Source: Halobacteriovoraceae bacterium
Lineage (GTDB): Bacteria; Bdellovibrionota; Bacteriovoracia; Bacteriovoracales; Bacteriovoracaceae
Direction of reading: 5' to 3'
NCBI GenBank assembly: GCA_963719505.1
Contig: CAVRCF010000005.1
Span: 992,001-1,056,000, forward strand
DNA: 64,000 bases
Part shown: piece after piece, positions 49,023-59,201 of the stretch
Position numbering within the stretch: the first letter of the stretch is position 1
Layout: each line of letters starts with the position of its first letter
Program-made: the position numbers and the translations under genes
Notes under the pieces: generated by a model
Database searches by the model: none
What the model saw: only the letters and a program-made list of their open reading frames with translations
Told to the model about the DNA's origin: nothing

Positions 49023-51521
49023 CTACTGAACATAAAACCCTTTCCCTTGTACCTTCTTAATCCAATAAGGCACCTTAATATCTTCTCTTCTTTTTCCTGT
49101 CGCTAAATAAATATTTCTAAAACCGAGATCAAAGATTTCTTTGCTTAGTTCTTCTCCTTTGAGACCTTCCCCCAAATCAGAGTCAATATATATAGAAGTA
49201 TTTTTATTGTAAGAAGTAGATGAACTTAAAAACTCTACCACACTAAAGTATGAAGAGAATTTTATATCATTATTCTTTGCTGATCTTTTCCAATTTAAAT
49301 GTGTAAATTTATCATCATCTATTAAAACAACTTCCTTAGGAGCCGATTGTTTAGTGAAACTTACAGCAATATTTAAAACTGATTCTTTGGGGATCATTTT
49401 AATCCCAAACTTGGAACACATTTCTTGTACATCTAAATCTAAAAAATGGCTTGTAACCAAAGTACTACGGTTATGAAGCTGATATGCATTGATTAAGTTT
49501 ATACCTGTATCTAGTGAGCCAATAAGTTCTAAATCAATTAGATAAGAATACTCCTTTAAATCTTTATCCATTGCCCAATTTTCAAATTCTTTAGAGCTAT
49601 ATAAGTGAACTAATTTTGCATCAAGTGGGTTTAGTTTTTCATTCCAAAGCTTGTGAATTGACTCATCATCATCAACGATTACAACTTGCTTAGAGGAAAG
49701 CTTAATTTTAGCAGTATACCAAGCCGGAGCCTCGATTTCATTCAAGGAAATTTTTAAAACAGTTCCTTGATCAGGATTCGATTCTATTAAAAGCTCTCCA
49801 TTTTCTGATTCTATATAATCTTTTGCCTGATTAAGGCCTATTCCTGTACTATTTTTATTAAAACTTTTTCCATATTCAAAAACATCATTTAAATATTCTT
49901 TTTTAATTCCAATTCCATTATCTGAAATAATAATACTTACGTTTTCTTCATCTCGTTCTACATGAACCACAATATAAATGGGGCTATTAGGCTTTTGAGC
50001 CTCGACAGAATTATTAATAATATTTGAAATAGCCCTATTAAAATCCGACTTTCTGATTTCTAAAAAATAATCTTTAGAAGCAATTGAATCGAGTGATATA
50101 TGAACATCTGGTCGATTTTTAAACTCAATACGTTTTTCAGAAACAATTCTTTTTAAAAGAGGATAAATTGCTATTATTTCCTTTTTACTGCTTTCTTCAA
50201 GAATACTCTCTTCCTCATTGATTTTAAGGGTATTAATAATGTCTTGAATACGATTAAGGGATTGCCTTCCCATTAGTCTCAAGTCTTCTGTAACGCTATT
50301 TCGAGCTTCTAGCATAAAGAATTCTAGAGAAGTAAGAGGCGAATCAATATCATGTTGAAGCTTCTTAATTATTTTAATATTTCCATTAGTGATCATTTGA
50401 TGCATGCTTGCATTGGTAATAATTTTTGCCTCCTCAAATAGAGTTCGCACCATAACGGCCCCTAAAATGAATATTTCGACGAGCAAACTAACTTTAACTA
50501 AATAGTTAACTTGAATTTCATTTATGTTCATAATACCTAGGTCTTTAAGCGTGAATGCAAGAGATGAAAAAAGAAACAGAGAAAAGCTAAACAAAAATGA
50601 TTTTGAGTACTTTAACTTTCTAACCATCGCATAAATACATATACTCAAACTTGATACAGACAGCAATAGGGTTAAGTAACTGGTTAGCTTAATAATTGCT
50701 TGGTTATAAAATAATACACATAAAGCAAAGTGTACTACTGCCACAAACATTACTTTTCCATATGCCTTAATAAAGCGATCATTTTTTCTTTGATTTAGAA
50801 ATGTTTTGTATATTAGCCCTACTGTTCCAAAGGTTAATATCCCACAGGCAAATACAACAGATCGGCTTATGAAATACTGAGGCATAAATCTTAACATTGA
50901 AAATAAATAGCCTGAAAATGCTAATTGGATAATAAACAATGCAAAGATATGCATTGAGTAATAAATGATTTCAACTTTTTTTCTAATATAGTAAAAAGCA
51001 AAAGTAAGTAAAATTGTTACAAATAAGACACCAAACCACAAACCATCAAAAATCCATTTTTGCTTCAAAAAAGACTGAAATTCATCTCGACTATTAAAAA
51101 GCATATATGGGAGTTGAATTGAACTCTGGGTATTAGTAATAGCAATAATTGTAGTATCTGATTCTCCTATATTATCGAAATAGACATATTCGTCACCTTT
51201 ATTGTCATTTTTTGAATAAGATTTCTCTTTTACTAATTCATTATTATTAAATTTATAGAAATTTATTTGATGAATCATTGGGAATGAAAAATAAAAAAGT
51301 TTATTACTTAGCTCATCATTAAGAATAAATGCGACTTTGTTTGTATTTTTAAAACCTAAGTTATTTTTCTTTGTCGACTTGGCACATTCAGAAATCTCCG
51401 CAATATTAATCTTTGAATTCACAAATGAATTGATAACGTCAATATCAGTACAATATTTGACGTTCGCTTGTACCGAGATTGAAATAAGAAGAATTAATAA
51501 GAAAACAAACTTATTGAGCAC
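49023..51521 (-). CDS. 7TM-DISM-type hybrid sensor histidine kinase with two C-terminal receiver-like domains
   Basis: Periplasmic domain plus 7 TM, QHDIDSPL, NIINNS, DNGIGI, TGIGL, two IVDDD/LIDDD receiver modules; GTG 51521 is the likely start. Confidence 0.85.
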   Translation of the reverse strand: MLNKFVFLLILLISISVQANVKYCTDIDVINSFVNSKINIAEISECAKSTKKNNLGFKNTNKVAFILNDELSNKLFYFSFPMIHQINFYKFNNNELVKEKSYSKNDNKGDEYVYFDNIGESDTTIIAITNTQSSIQLPYMLFNSRDEFQSFLKQKWIFDGLWFGVLFVTILLTFAFYYIRKKVEIIYYSMHIFALFIIQLAFSGYLFSMLRFMPQYFISRSVVFACGILTFGTVGLIYKTFLNQRKNDRFIKAYGKVMFVAVVHFALCVLFYNQAIIKLTSYLTLLLSVSSLSICIYAMVRKLKYSKSFLFSFSLFLFSSLAFTLKDLGIMNINEIQVNYLVKVSLLVEIFILGAVMVRTLFEEAKIITNASMHQMITNGNIKIIKKLQHDIDSPLTSLEFFMLEARNSVTEDLRLMGRQSLNRIQDIINTLKINEEESILEESSKKEIIAIYPLLKRIVSEKRIEFKNRPDVHISLDSIASKDYFLEIRKSDFNRAISNIINNSVEAQKPNSPIYIVVHVERDEENVSIIISDNGIGIKKEYLNDVFEYGKSFNKNSTGIGLNQAKDYIESENGELLIESNPDQGTVLKISLNEIEAPAWYTAKIKLSSKQVVIVDDDESIHKLWNEKLNPLDAKLVHLYSSKEFENWAMDKDLKEYSYLIDLELIGSLDTGINLINAYQLHNRSTLVTSHFLDLDVQEMCSKFGIKMIPKESVLNIAVSFTKQSAPKEVVLIDDDKFTHLNWKRSAKNNDIKFSSYFSVVEFLSSSTSYNKNTSIYIDSDLGEGLKGEELSKEIFDLGFRNIYLATGKRREDIKVPYWIKKVQGKGFYVQ

Positions 51522-52230
51522 TATACCCCCCATCAACAAATAACTCAGAGCCAGTCATAAATGATGTATTATTTTCTATTATAAATTTCACGTACGTTGC
51601 TATTTCATCTGCTGTAGCAATACGCTTAACAGGATGAATTTGTTCTAAAGCAGTTGTACTTCCCATTCTTTTTTTCAAATCTGAAATGAGATTCGTATCT
51701 ACTCCCCCTGGAGAAATACAGTTGATTTGAATATTTTGTTGAGCATACTCAATGGCCAAAGACTTTGTCAGTGCGACTATTCCTGCTTTGGAAGCTGAGT
51801 AGTAAGAGCTCCCAGTCATTCCACAGCTAGCGAGAACAGATGCTATATTTACGATTTTCCCATTACCGACCTTGGCCATGTCTTCTAATTCTTTTTTCAT
51901 CATTATAAATGTTCCTCTTAAATTCACACTTATAATACGGTCAAACTCTTCAATCGTTGACATAGTGAGAGGTTTATTTGGCCCCGGCATTCCAGCGGCA
52001 TTTACAGCATAATTGATTAGGATATTCTTAGAGTTTAATTCCTTGAAAAGATTTTCAATTTCACCTACACTAGAAATATCACATTTGATTGCAATAACTT
52101 TATCGTTTTCAATTTCTATTGCGTTTATGTCAACTAAAACAATTTGATCAAAAAGGTTTTGATTCAAGCTTTCATAGGTTGCTCTTCCAATTCCACTCGC
52201 AGCTCCAGTAATAAGGATATTATTTTTCAT
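51511..52230 (-). CDS. Short-chain dehydrogenase/reductase
   Basis: TGAASGIG, NAAG, YSASK, PGGVDT, VDGG. Confidence 0.93.
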   Translation of the reverse strand: MKNNILITGAASGIGRATYESLNQNLFDQIVLVDINAIEIENDKVIAIKCDISSVGEIENLFKELNSKNILINYAVNAAGMPGPNKPLTMSTIEEFDRIISVNLRGTFIMMKKELEDMAKVGNGKIVNIASVLASCGMTGSSYYSASKAGIVALTKSLAIEYAQQNIQINCISPGGVDTNLISDLKKRMGSTTALEQIHPVKRIATADEIATYVKFIIENNTSFMTGSELFVDGGYSAQ

Positions 52231-52415
52231 TGTATTTCCTTTAATTGCATCTTTTCTAAGATCAGTAAAATTTCCTCTTCTCTATCAAGTGCAATTTCCA
52301 ACATCTCTTTTGTGTCTTCATTATTTATAACTGCATCTTCTTGGATGCATTTAAGGAGGTTGGCTACGTTATGAATATAGCCATTGATTGAATGAAATGC
52401 TTTGTCTTTACTCAA
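52227..52415 (-). CDS. Small helical protein resembling a stand-alone HisKA/DHp hairpin
   Basis: 62 aa, overlaps both neighbours by 4 nt; FHSINGYI resembles an H-box. Confidence 0.55.
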   Translation of the reverse strand: MSKDKAFHSINGYIHNVANLLKCIQEDAVINNEDTKEMLEIALDREEEILLILEKMQLKEIQ

Positions 52416-53767
52416 TGTAATCTCCCAACTTTAAAGTTCTTATCTTTATGAGTTTGTAAATAACGAGACACATGAGCAGGAGAAACATCCATAGCCTTTG
52501 AAGCAGTCCTAACTATTCCATTATGTCTCTTAGTCATACCCTGAATGAGCTCTTTCTTAAAAATAACTAAAAAATCCTTCAGCCCCATTTCTTCAACAAG
52601 ATCCAAATGTTCGTCAGTGACAAGTCCTTTAGACTCAAAGGTATTATTTTTAACCCTTGAAGGTAATACATCCGGAGTTATTAAACGATGGCCATGTACA
52701 ACCCAATTCTCGACTAAATCTTGGATTTCTCTTGTATTTTGAGGCCATGAATAGTTATGTAAACATTCAAGCGCCAAGTCATTAATTAAAATACGGAATG
52801 GTTGTTTTGAAATAAAATAATGAAATAAAAGTTCTATATCTTCTCTTCTCTCTCGTAGTGGTGAAAGAGAAATTTGAAAGGTACTAATTCTTGCATATAA
52901 ATCTTTTCTAAAAGTTCCCATTTCAATCATTGAATGGATATCTTCACAAGTTGCACTCATAACTCGGAAGTCAGATTTAACTTTACGGTTAGAACCGACA
53001 GGATAAAACTCTTTTTCTTCTATAGCTTTTAAAAGAGTCTTTTGAGATTTTGATGAAAGAGAATGTATTTCATCAAGAAAGATGACTCCTCCATCTGCTA
53101 GTTCTAAAAGTCCTTTCTTCTCCTTCTTTGCACCTGTGAATGCATTATCAGTATGGCCAAATAGTTCACCAACAAATAATTCATCTGAATACTGTGAGCA
53201 ATTTATTTCTATAAAATTTTCGACTTTGAGAATATCTCTAATAAGATGGGCAACTACCCTTTTACCTGTTCCTGTTTCGCCATGAACAAAAATGGGCTTA
53301 TTAGAAAAAGAAAGATTTTTAATCTGATAGAGTTCTTCTGATAAAGATTGAGATTTAGTAATAAAGCTTTGGTTAATTATGTTTTCAAACTCTATATCTT
53401 TTCTGTGATTTTCAAATCTTCTCCAAACAATGTCTAATTTGTGATTATTAAACGGTTTATTCAAAAAATCTTTAGCACCATTTATAAATGCTTCTTCAAG
53501 AGTCTCTTTTGCAGTTTCTCCAGATACAACGATTGAATATATGTTCAGATGATTGGCCAGTTTTAAAAGCCTTAGCCCATCAAGCTCTCTAGATAAGTTT
53601 AAATCAAAAAATGCGATATCAATATCTTCTGCCTTTATTAAATGGTGTGCATCATTCACATCATTTGCAACGACAACATTCCCAAAAGAGGCCAATAACC
53701 TCTTATTTAATTGAGCTGTTAATAAATCATCTTCAACAATTAAGATTTTAATTTTTTGTTTATTCAT
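52412..53767 (-). CDS. Sigma54-dependent response regulator (REC-AAA+-HTH, NtrC family)
   Basis: IVEDD, GETGTGK, INCS, ELFGHTDNAFTGA, FLDEI, FRKDLYAR, WPQNTREI. Confidence 0.92.
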   Translation of the reverse strand: MNKQKIKILIVEDDLLTAQLNKRLLASFGNVVVANDVNDAHHLIKAEDIDIAFFDLNLSRELDGLRLLKLANHLNIYSIVVSGETAKETLEEAFINGAKDFLNKPFNNHKLDIVWRRFENHRKDIEFENIINQSFITKSQSLSEELYQIKNLSFSNKPIFVHGETGTGKRVVAHLIRDILKVENFIEINCSQYSDELFVGELFGHTDNAFTGAKKEKKGLLELADGGVIFLDEIHSLSSKSQKTLLKAIEEKEFYPVGSNRKVKSDFRVMSATCEDIHSMIEMGTFRKDLYARISTFQISLSPLRERREDIELLFHYFISKQPFRILINDLALECLHNYSWPQNTREIQDLVENWVVHGHRLITPDVLPSRVKNNTFESKGLVTDEHLDLVEEMGLKDFLVIFKKELIQGMTKRHNGIVRTASKAMDVSPAHVSRYLQTHKDKNFKVGRLH

Positions 53768-53924
53768 AAATGGCTATTAACCAAAATTATTTTAAAAACT
53801 CAAAGAAAAAGATGATTAAATGTAAGGTTTATTGACTTTTAGTCAACAATGAGACAACTAAGCAACTGATTTCACGAAGAGAGAATCAAATGAATTGCAA
53901 GAGTTATATTGTTTCTTCTTTAAA

Positions 53925-54182
53925 TTACAATTTGGAAAGTATTTTATTGAATTCTTCAGTTGTGGGAATTCCCAATGAACATCCTCCACCATTCGCTTCA
54001 CCACCAAGAATAACTTTATCATTTTTGATTACAGTCGGAGAGGTATAATTATTATAATCATCTTTTCCATCAAGAATATTTTGATCTAATTCAACAAATT
54101 CTATTTCTGATTCTTGAAGTGCTTGCCTAACTCTTTCAGCATTTGGGCATCCTTCAAAGAAAATAAGTTTAATGTCATTCAT
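53925..54182 (-). CDS. Thioredoxin-fold protein of the mer-associated type
   Basis: FFEGCPN, SPTV, GGCS; last gene of mer-like operon. Confidence 0.65.
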   Translation of the reverse strand: MNDIKLIFFEGCPNAERVRQALQESEIEFVELDQNILDGKDDYNNYTSPTVIKNDKVILGGEANGGGCSLGIPTTEEFNKILSKL

Positions 54183-54193
54183 TTGTCCTCCGT

Positions 54194-54445
54194 CTATTTG
54201 TTACAGGAATAATGTTTAATGAACGCAATATTATCAGCAAAACAGCATTTTCCAGAAGGATTTGCTGTTTCACAGAAACATCCGGGGACTTTCATTTTAG
54301 ATTTAATATCATCTAGTATATCTTTTTCTCTACCCTCTTGAATGGCATTAAATAATTCTTGCTTAGAATGTTTAAAACAGTAACAAATTAGTCCTTTAGT
54401 ATTAAATTCAACTTCCGCTTTTTCTTTTTTGGCACAACAGCTCAT
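54194..54445 (-). CDS. Cys-rich BFD-like (2Fe-2S)/CopZ-associated metal-binding protein
   Basis: ICYCF...CFCETANPSGKCC. Confidence 0.75.
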   Translation of the reverse strand: MSCCAKKEKAEVEFNTKGLICYCFKHSKQELFNAIQEGREKDILDDIKSKMKVPGCFCETANPSGKCCFADNIAFIKHYSCNK

Positions 54446-55086
54446 AATAAACCTTCACAAGGTTTTTTATTCTCAAAAGTCCAAAAAGCAACATATCCAG
54501 GACTCTTTTTTATTTCTTTGATTACTTTACAACCTGCTTCATCTGAAACTTTAATGACTGCACTTCCAATGGTTTCTTTCGGCTTTGGATTGGAGTGGTC
54601 TATACTTAATATATCTGCATCTTTTAAGCCTGCTCTTTTTAAAGCTTCTCTCACTCCTAGCTCACATCCTCCACAAGTCATACCTTTGATGTATAAGGTT
54701 TTAACCTTGCCTATAGAATCGCTTGGTTGATTTTGTGCCTGAGCTACTGAAGAGAGCAACATTGGAGAGATCATGAACAGTATAGCTATAAATGTTCCAA
54801 TACCTAAGCTAGTTCTTCTAAATCTCTTTTTCTTATGATCTGCACACATTGTTCCATCTTTGCATTCTTTTTGTTCAAGTCTGTAATTCATAATCCAACC
54901 TATTGTTATTAAAATAACCACAACTACTAAAATTATACTTCGATAATCTTCCAAAAAGAGTAAAGATGATGCACCTCCTAATCCTAAAAAACCTAAAATC
55001 AATGGGCCGATACAACAAATAGAACTAGCGGTAGCCGCAATAATACCACCGCTAGTTAGACATTTTATTAGCTTACTTTCTTTCAA
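54442..55086 (-). CDS. merT: MerT-like mercuric transporter fused to a MerP/HMA domain
   Basis: SSICCIGPL in TM1, ECKDGTMC loop, GMTCGGC HMA motif. Confidence 0.85.
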   Translation of the reverse strand: MKESKLIKCLTSGGIIAATASSICCIGPLILGFLGLGGASSLLFLEDYRSIILVVVVILITIGWIMNYRLEQKECKDGTMCADHKKKRFRRTSLGIGTFIAILFMISPMLLSSVAQAQNQPSDSIGKVKTLYIKGMTCGGCELGVREALKRAGLKDADILSIDHSNPKPKETIGSAVIKVSDEAGCKVIKEIKKSPGYVAFWTFENKKPCEGLL

Positions 55087-55358
55087 TTACTACCAATTCC
55101 GGCGGCTCTTAAAGATTCCTCTGATGGGCCACCTCCATTAACACAACAATCGAGTAATTTTCCATTTACAGCAACCGCTGGGTAACTAGATACTCCATAC
55201 TTCTTTGCTAAATCTCTGCAAACATTGGTGTCACAACCTTTTTTTACATCATAAACAATAACTTCACAGCTATCACAGGCCAATGACTTAACTAAATCAA
55301 CTGTAGGTAAACATTTAGAACACCCTTCAGTAAATACCTCTACTTTTCTTTTATTCAT
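55083..55358 (-). CDS. Thioredoxin/glutaredoxin-like protein (CxxC plus CC)
   Basis: VEVFTEGCSKC, YGVSSYPAVAVNGKLLDCC; GGAGG before ATG 55358. Confidence 0.8.
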   Translation of the reverse strand: MNKRKVEVFTEGCSKCLPTVDLVKSLACDSCEVIVYDVKKGCDTNVCRDLAKKYGVSSYPAVAVNGKLLDCCVNGGGPSEESLRAAGIGSN

Positions 55359-55776
55359 TTTTTCCTCCTTGGAAATTCGAACAAGAACTACAACTCTCTT
55401 TTTTTGGAATAATATTCCAAATTGTTGCAATTACTAATATTATTATTCCAATATAGAACATTATTTCTATGTTAAAAAATCTTCCTGAGATGCCTAAAAA
55501 AATAGCTACCGTCCCCAACCAAAAAGGCCTATAACCTCTGCGTGACTTAGCTCTAAAAGCTAAACCAAACAGTGAGATTGAAATGAACAAACTAACAAGA
55601 ATATCAAAGTAGAGACCTTCAAATAAAAAGCCTAAACCTATACTTGTTAAGAATCCACCTATAGCTGGGTAGCAAAAAGGACAAGAAGCCTTGGCTAAGA
55701 TTGCAACCCCAATTCCTGGGCCAACAGACGCGGCACCAATTTCACCAGCTATTTTAGCATTACCTTTCTCATTCAT
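55351..55776 (-). CDS. merC: MerC mercury transporter
   Basis: SCPFCYPAIGGFLTSIGLGFL, 4 TM helices, C-terminal CSSC. Confidence 0.8.
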   Translation of the reverse strand: MNEKGNAKIAGEIGAASVGPGIGVAILAKASCPFCYPAIGGFLTSIGLGFLFEGLYFDILVSLFISISLFGLAFRAKSRRGYRPFWLGTVAIFLGISGRFFNIEIMFYIGIIILVIATIWNIIPKKESCSSCSNFQGGKNE

Positions 55777-56192
55777 TTTAATCCTTTTTCAAAGTTCTCT
55801 AAAATCGGGCATTGTGAAATAGACAAATCATTTCTCCCACAAGATTCAGATAAATTCTTTAGAGTTTTCTTTATTTTTTGAAGGTCTTTAATTTTTAGTT
55901 CAACTTCAACTATCTTCAAGTCCGCCTTGTTTTTTACTGATGAACATTTCGCTGTTCTACTTACTTTCAACTCAAGTAAATCTTTGGCTTCATTTAACGT
56001 GAAGCCTAGCTCTTGGGCTCTTTTGATAAATTTTATTTTTATTACGTCTTCGAAAGGATATTTTCTGAAACCTTCAGAGCTTGAAGGCTGTTTTATAAGA
56101 CCTTTACGTTCATAAAATCTAATAGTATCAATTTTAACCCCAGCCTCTTTAGCTAGTTTTCCAATTGTAAATTTTATTTCTTTCTTATTCAT
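55773..56192 (-). CDS. merR: Hg(II)-type MerR regulator
   Basis: TIGKLAKEAGV...IRFYERKGL, FIKRAQELGFTL; three Cys (AKCS, ESCG, QCPIL) equivalent to C82/C117/C126. Confidence 0.85.
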   Translation of the reverse strand: MNKKEIKFTIGKLAKEAGVKIDTIRFYERKGLIKQPSSSEGFRKYPFEDVIKIKFIKRAQELGFTLNEAKDLLELKVSRTAKCSSVKNKADLKIVEVELKIKDLQKIKKTLKNLSESCGRNDLSISQCPILENFEKGLK

Positions 56193-56198
56193 GAACTA

Positions 56199-56230
56199 AT
56201 TCTATACTCTGGACTATAGTCCAGAGTCAA
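56199..56230 (-). promoter_or_regulatory. MerR-type promoter/operator
   Basis: TTGACT-20 bp-TAGAAT overlapping a perfect 22-bp palindrome ACTCTGGACTATAGTCCAGAGT (56206-56227). Confidence 0.9.
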
Positions 56231-56506
56231 GTGTGAGCGAACATCAACAATATTAGACAGTTACAATTTGTACTACGCGGTGATACTTCAATTTTTCTAA
56301 TTTTAGCTTTTGGATATTTTTAAAGGTACCTAAATGATTTTCTCCATAGCCAAAAAAAATAGAAGTATAGTCATCACCTATCAAGAGTACTTAGAGAATA
56401 AGAAAATGGTAAAAAAAGATTGAACTACAAATCATAATCCGACGAAGCTACTTTTATAATGATACTACGTATACAATCCCCCACCTAAGACTATAACTCT
56501 AAAAAC

Positions 56507-56766
56507 TTAGATTAAATTTCTCTGCAAGTAAGAATCTAAGAAAAAAAATAATAATGATTTTGGTATTGCTACAAGCACGCTCTTAGCATACTCAAATGAT
56601 TGCTTTGCATCCCCCCACTCCATATGTGAAAAGGACAAAGCACACGCAAAGCAGTAAGAGGCAGGGCTGCTAAAAACCCTGCCAGTCCCCGTCCTCTTCT
56701 CCGAAGCCAAGAGACAAAACTAATTAATATTGCAGCAAAAACAGTTTTACCTACCGTTAGCCACAT
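56507..56766 (-). pseudogene. DUF3147-like membrane protein, frameshifted
   Basis: KTVFAAILISFVSWL...GLAGFLAALPLT in one frame; SHMEWGD...YAKSVLVAIP in another. Confidence 0.6.
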
Positions 56767-56838
56767 ATATTAATCAAATAATTAAATATCTGATTACTCA
56801 TAAATTCTTTATTCTAATTTTTTCGATATCCATTTATT

Positions 56839-59022
56839 TTAAATTTTTGTCATTTTTAATCTCAATGAATTTGCAATAACCGAGACCGAGCTAAAGCTCA
56901 TTGCTGCAGCGGCTATCATTGGACTCAATAAAATCCCAAACCATGGATAAAGCAATCCCGCCGCGATTGGAACTCCTGCAGCATTATAAATAAATGCAAA
57001 AAATAAATTTTGTTTTATATTTGCCATAGTGGATCGACTCAACCTTCTTGCTCTTACAATTCCTCGAAGATCCCCCTTAACCAATGTTACAGAAGCACTT
57101 TCCATTGCAACATCAGTTCCAGTTCCCATGGCAATTCCAACATCTGCAATGGCAAGTGCGGGCGCATCGTTTATTCCATCTCCGGCCATCGCAACCACTT
57201 TCCCTTGGGCTTGCAATTTTAAAATTACTTCTACTTTTTGTTCTGGAAGAACTCCTGCAATGACATTATCAATATTTAACTTGCTCGCAACAGCTTCTGC
57301 AGTTGTCTTACTATCTCCAGTAAGCATAACAATATCTAAACCTTCTCCATGTAATTCGGCTATTGCTTGTATACTAGTTTCTTTAATCGGATCGGCGACT
57401 CCAATTATTCCTGCGAACTCATTATCTATTGAGACAAACATAACTGTCTGCCCTTCTTTTCTATAACTTTCGACCTCATCAATAATATGATCAACCGTAA
57501 TATTTTCAGCGTTCATTAATGCTTTATTACCAAGAGCAATATTTTTTCCATTAATACTGCCTTTAACACCTTTACCCGTTATTGAAGAAAAATTCTCAAC
57601 ATCGACAAGGCTTATATTTTCCTTTTTAGCTCCTCTCACAATCGCCTCTGCAAGTGGATGTTCACTACCATTTTCTAAACTTGCGACAAGAGTCAAAAAC
57701 TCTTCATTTTTGATTGTTGCTATAGGTTTAATCGTTACTAATTCAGGTCTTCCCATAGTTAGTGTACCCGTTTTATCAACGACCAAAGTATCAATCTTTC
57801 TCAACACTTCAATCGCCTCGGCATTTTTAAACAATACTCCCATGGTGGCAGCTCTACCAGTTGAGACCATTATCGACATAGGAGTTGCCAGTCCAAGAGC
57901 GCATGGACAAGCAATTATTAGTACTGCGACTGAATTTATTATTGCATAGGCCATTGCTGGGCTTGGACCAAAAGATGCCCAAACAATAAAGGTTACTACT
58001 GCGACCAATAAAACGATTGGCACGAAGCACCCTGCCACTGTATCTGCTAATTTTTGAATGGGAGCTTTACTTCTTTGTGCTTCTGCAACCATATGAATAA
58101 TTCGAGACAGTAAAGTATCAGAACCAATTTTAGTCGCTTTCATAACAAAGCTTCCGGTTCCGTTTATGGTAGCACCGACAACGTGACTTTCTTTAAATTT
58201 TTCGACAGGAATTGGCTCACCAGTAATCATTGATTCATCAACATTGCTTTTACCTTCTAATACAATCCCATCGACAGGAATTTTTTCTCCAGGTCTAACT
58301 CTTAATTTGTCATTTAATTGGACATTTTCAAGAGGAATATCTTCCTCTTCTCCATCTTTATTTATTCTTCTGGCCGTTTTGGCGGCAAGACCCAGTAGTT
58401 TTTTTATTGCCTCTCCAGTTTGGCTTCTTGCTTTAAGCTCCAATACTTGTCCCAAAAGAATCAAAGTAACAATAACTCCTGCTGCTTCAAAATAGACTGA
58501 CACATGTCCATTACTATCTCTAAACGAAACGGGAAATAGATCTGGAATTAATGTTGCAATTAAACTGTAGATAAAAGCAACGCTGACCCCAATACCAATG
58601 AGGGTAAACATATTTAAATTTCTTCTAACAATTGAACTTAGTCCTCTTTCGTAAAATGGCCACGCTGAATATAGACACACAGGTATAGCGAGTATCAACT
58701 CAATATAATTTTTCATTTTTGCTGAAAACATGTTTGAAATAGGCTGACCTGGTAAGAGGTCCCCCATTGAGATTATGAATAAAGGAATGGTGAATAAAGC
58801 AGCAAGCCAGAACCTTTTCGTCATATCCTTTAATTCGACATTTTCTCTGTCATCAGCAATAAGAGCTTCTAGTGCCATACCGCATTTCGGACAATTTCCA
58901 GGCCCGATCTGCCTTATCTCTGGATGCATGGGACACGTGAAGATAGAAGTACTTTCTACATTTACTTTTTTGCCATCACTTTTATGCTTATGTTCGGAAT
59001 GACAGTTTTTATGATCTTCCAT
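56839..59022 (-). CDS. copA: Cu(I)-translocating P1B-type ATPase
   Basis: [15 protein letters not shown]-terminal domain, [33 protein letters not shown] and MSFSS. Confidence 0.95.
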   Translation of the reverse strand: MEDHKNCHSEHKHKSDGKKVNVESTSIFTCPMHPEIRQIGPGNCPKCGMALEALIADDRENVELKDMTKRFWLAALFTIPLFIISMGDLLPGQPISNMFSAKMKNYIELILAIPVCLYSAWPFYERGLSSIVRRNLNMFTLIGIGVSVAFIYSLIATLIPDLFPVSFRDSNGHVSVYFEAAGVIVTLILLGQVLELKARSQTGEAIKKLLGLAAKTARRINKDGEEEDIPLENVQLNDKLRVRPGEKIPVDGIVLEGKSNVDESMITGEPIPVEKFKESHVVGATINGTGSFVMKATKIGSDTLLSRIIHMVAEAQRSKAPIQKLADTVAGCFVPIVLLVAVVTFIVWASFGPSPAMAYAIINSVAVLIIACPCALGLATPMSIMVSTGRAATMGVLFKNAEAIEVLRKIDTLVVDKTGTLTMGRPELVTIKPIATIKNEEFLTLVASLENGSEHPLAEAIVRGAKKENISLVDVENFSSITGKGVKGSINGKNIALGNKALMNAENITVDHIIDEVESYRKEGQTVMFVSIDNEFAGIIGVADPIKETSIQAIAELHGEGLDIVMLTGDSKTTAEAVASKLNIDNVIAGVLPEQKVEVILKLQAQGKVVAMAGDGINDAPALAIADVGIAMGTGTDVAMESASVTLVKGDLRGIVRARRLSRSTMANIKQNLFFAFIYNAAGVPIAAGLLYPWFGILLSPMIAAAAMSFSSVSVIANSLRLKMTKI

Positions 59023-59201
59023 ATTGTTCCTTTAATGGATATTCTGAATGAGACTAATTGCTTCTGCTTTGGCCAAAATATTTGTAAACTCAAGTGATGA
59101 TTCCCTATATCGTTGTCAATATCTATAGCTTAGAATACCCCTCTTTATTAAGATTCTAGCGAAGCAGAAATAAATTTTCACTTCACTAGATCATTTAATA
59201 T

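Noticed and set aside
57010-59002. Several + strand ORFs inside copA
   Set aside because: Antisense shadows of a conserved P-type ATPase; the same applies to the many short shadow ORFs within hemL, cpaF, dctP, ileS and other genes
59025-59200. Possible gene remnant between the YHS gene and copA
   Set aside because: Only a short interrupted reading frame with no recognisable family; cannot be supported
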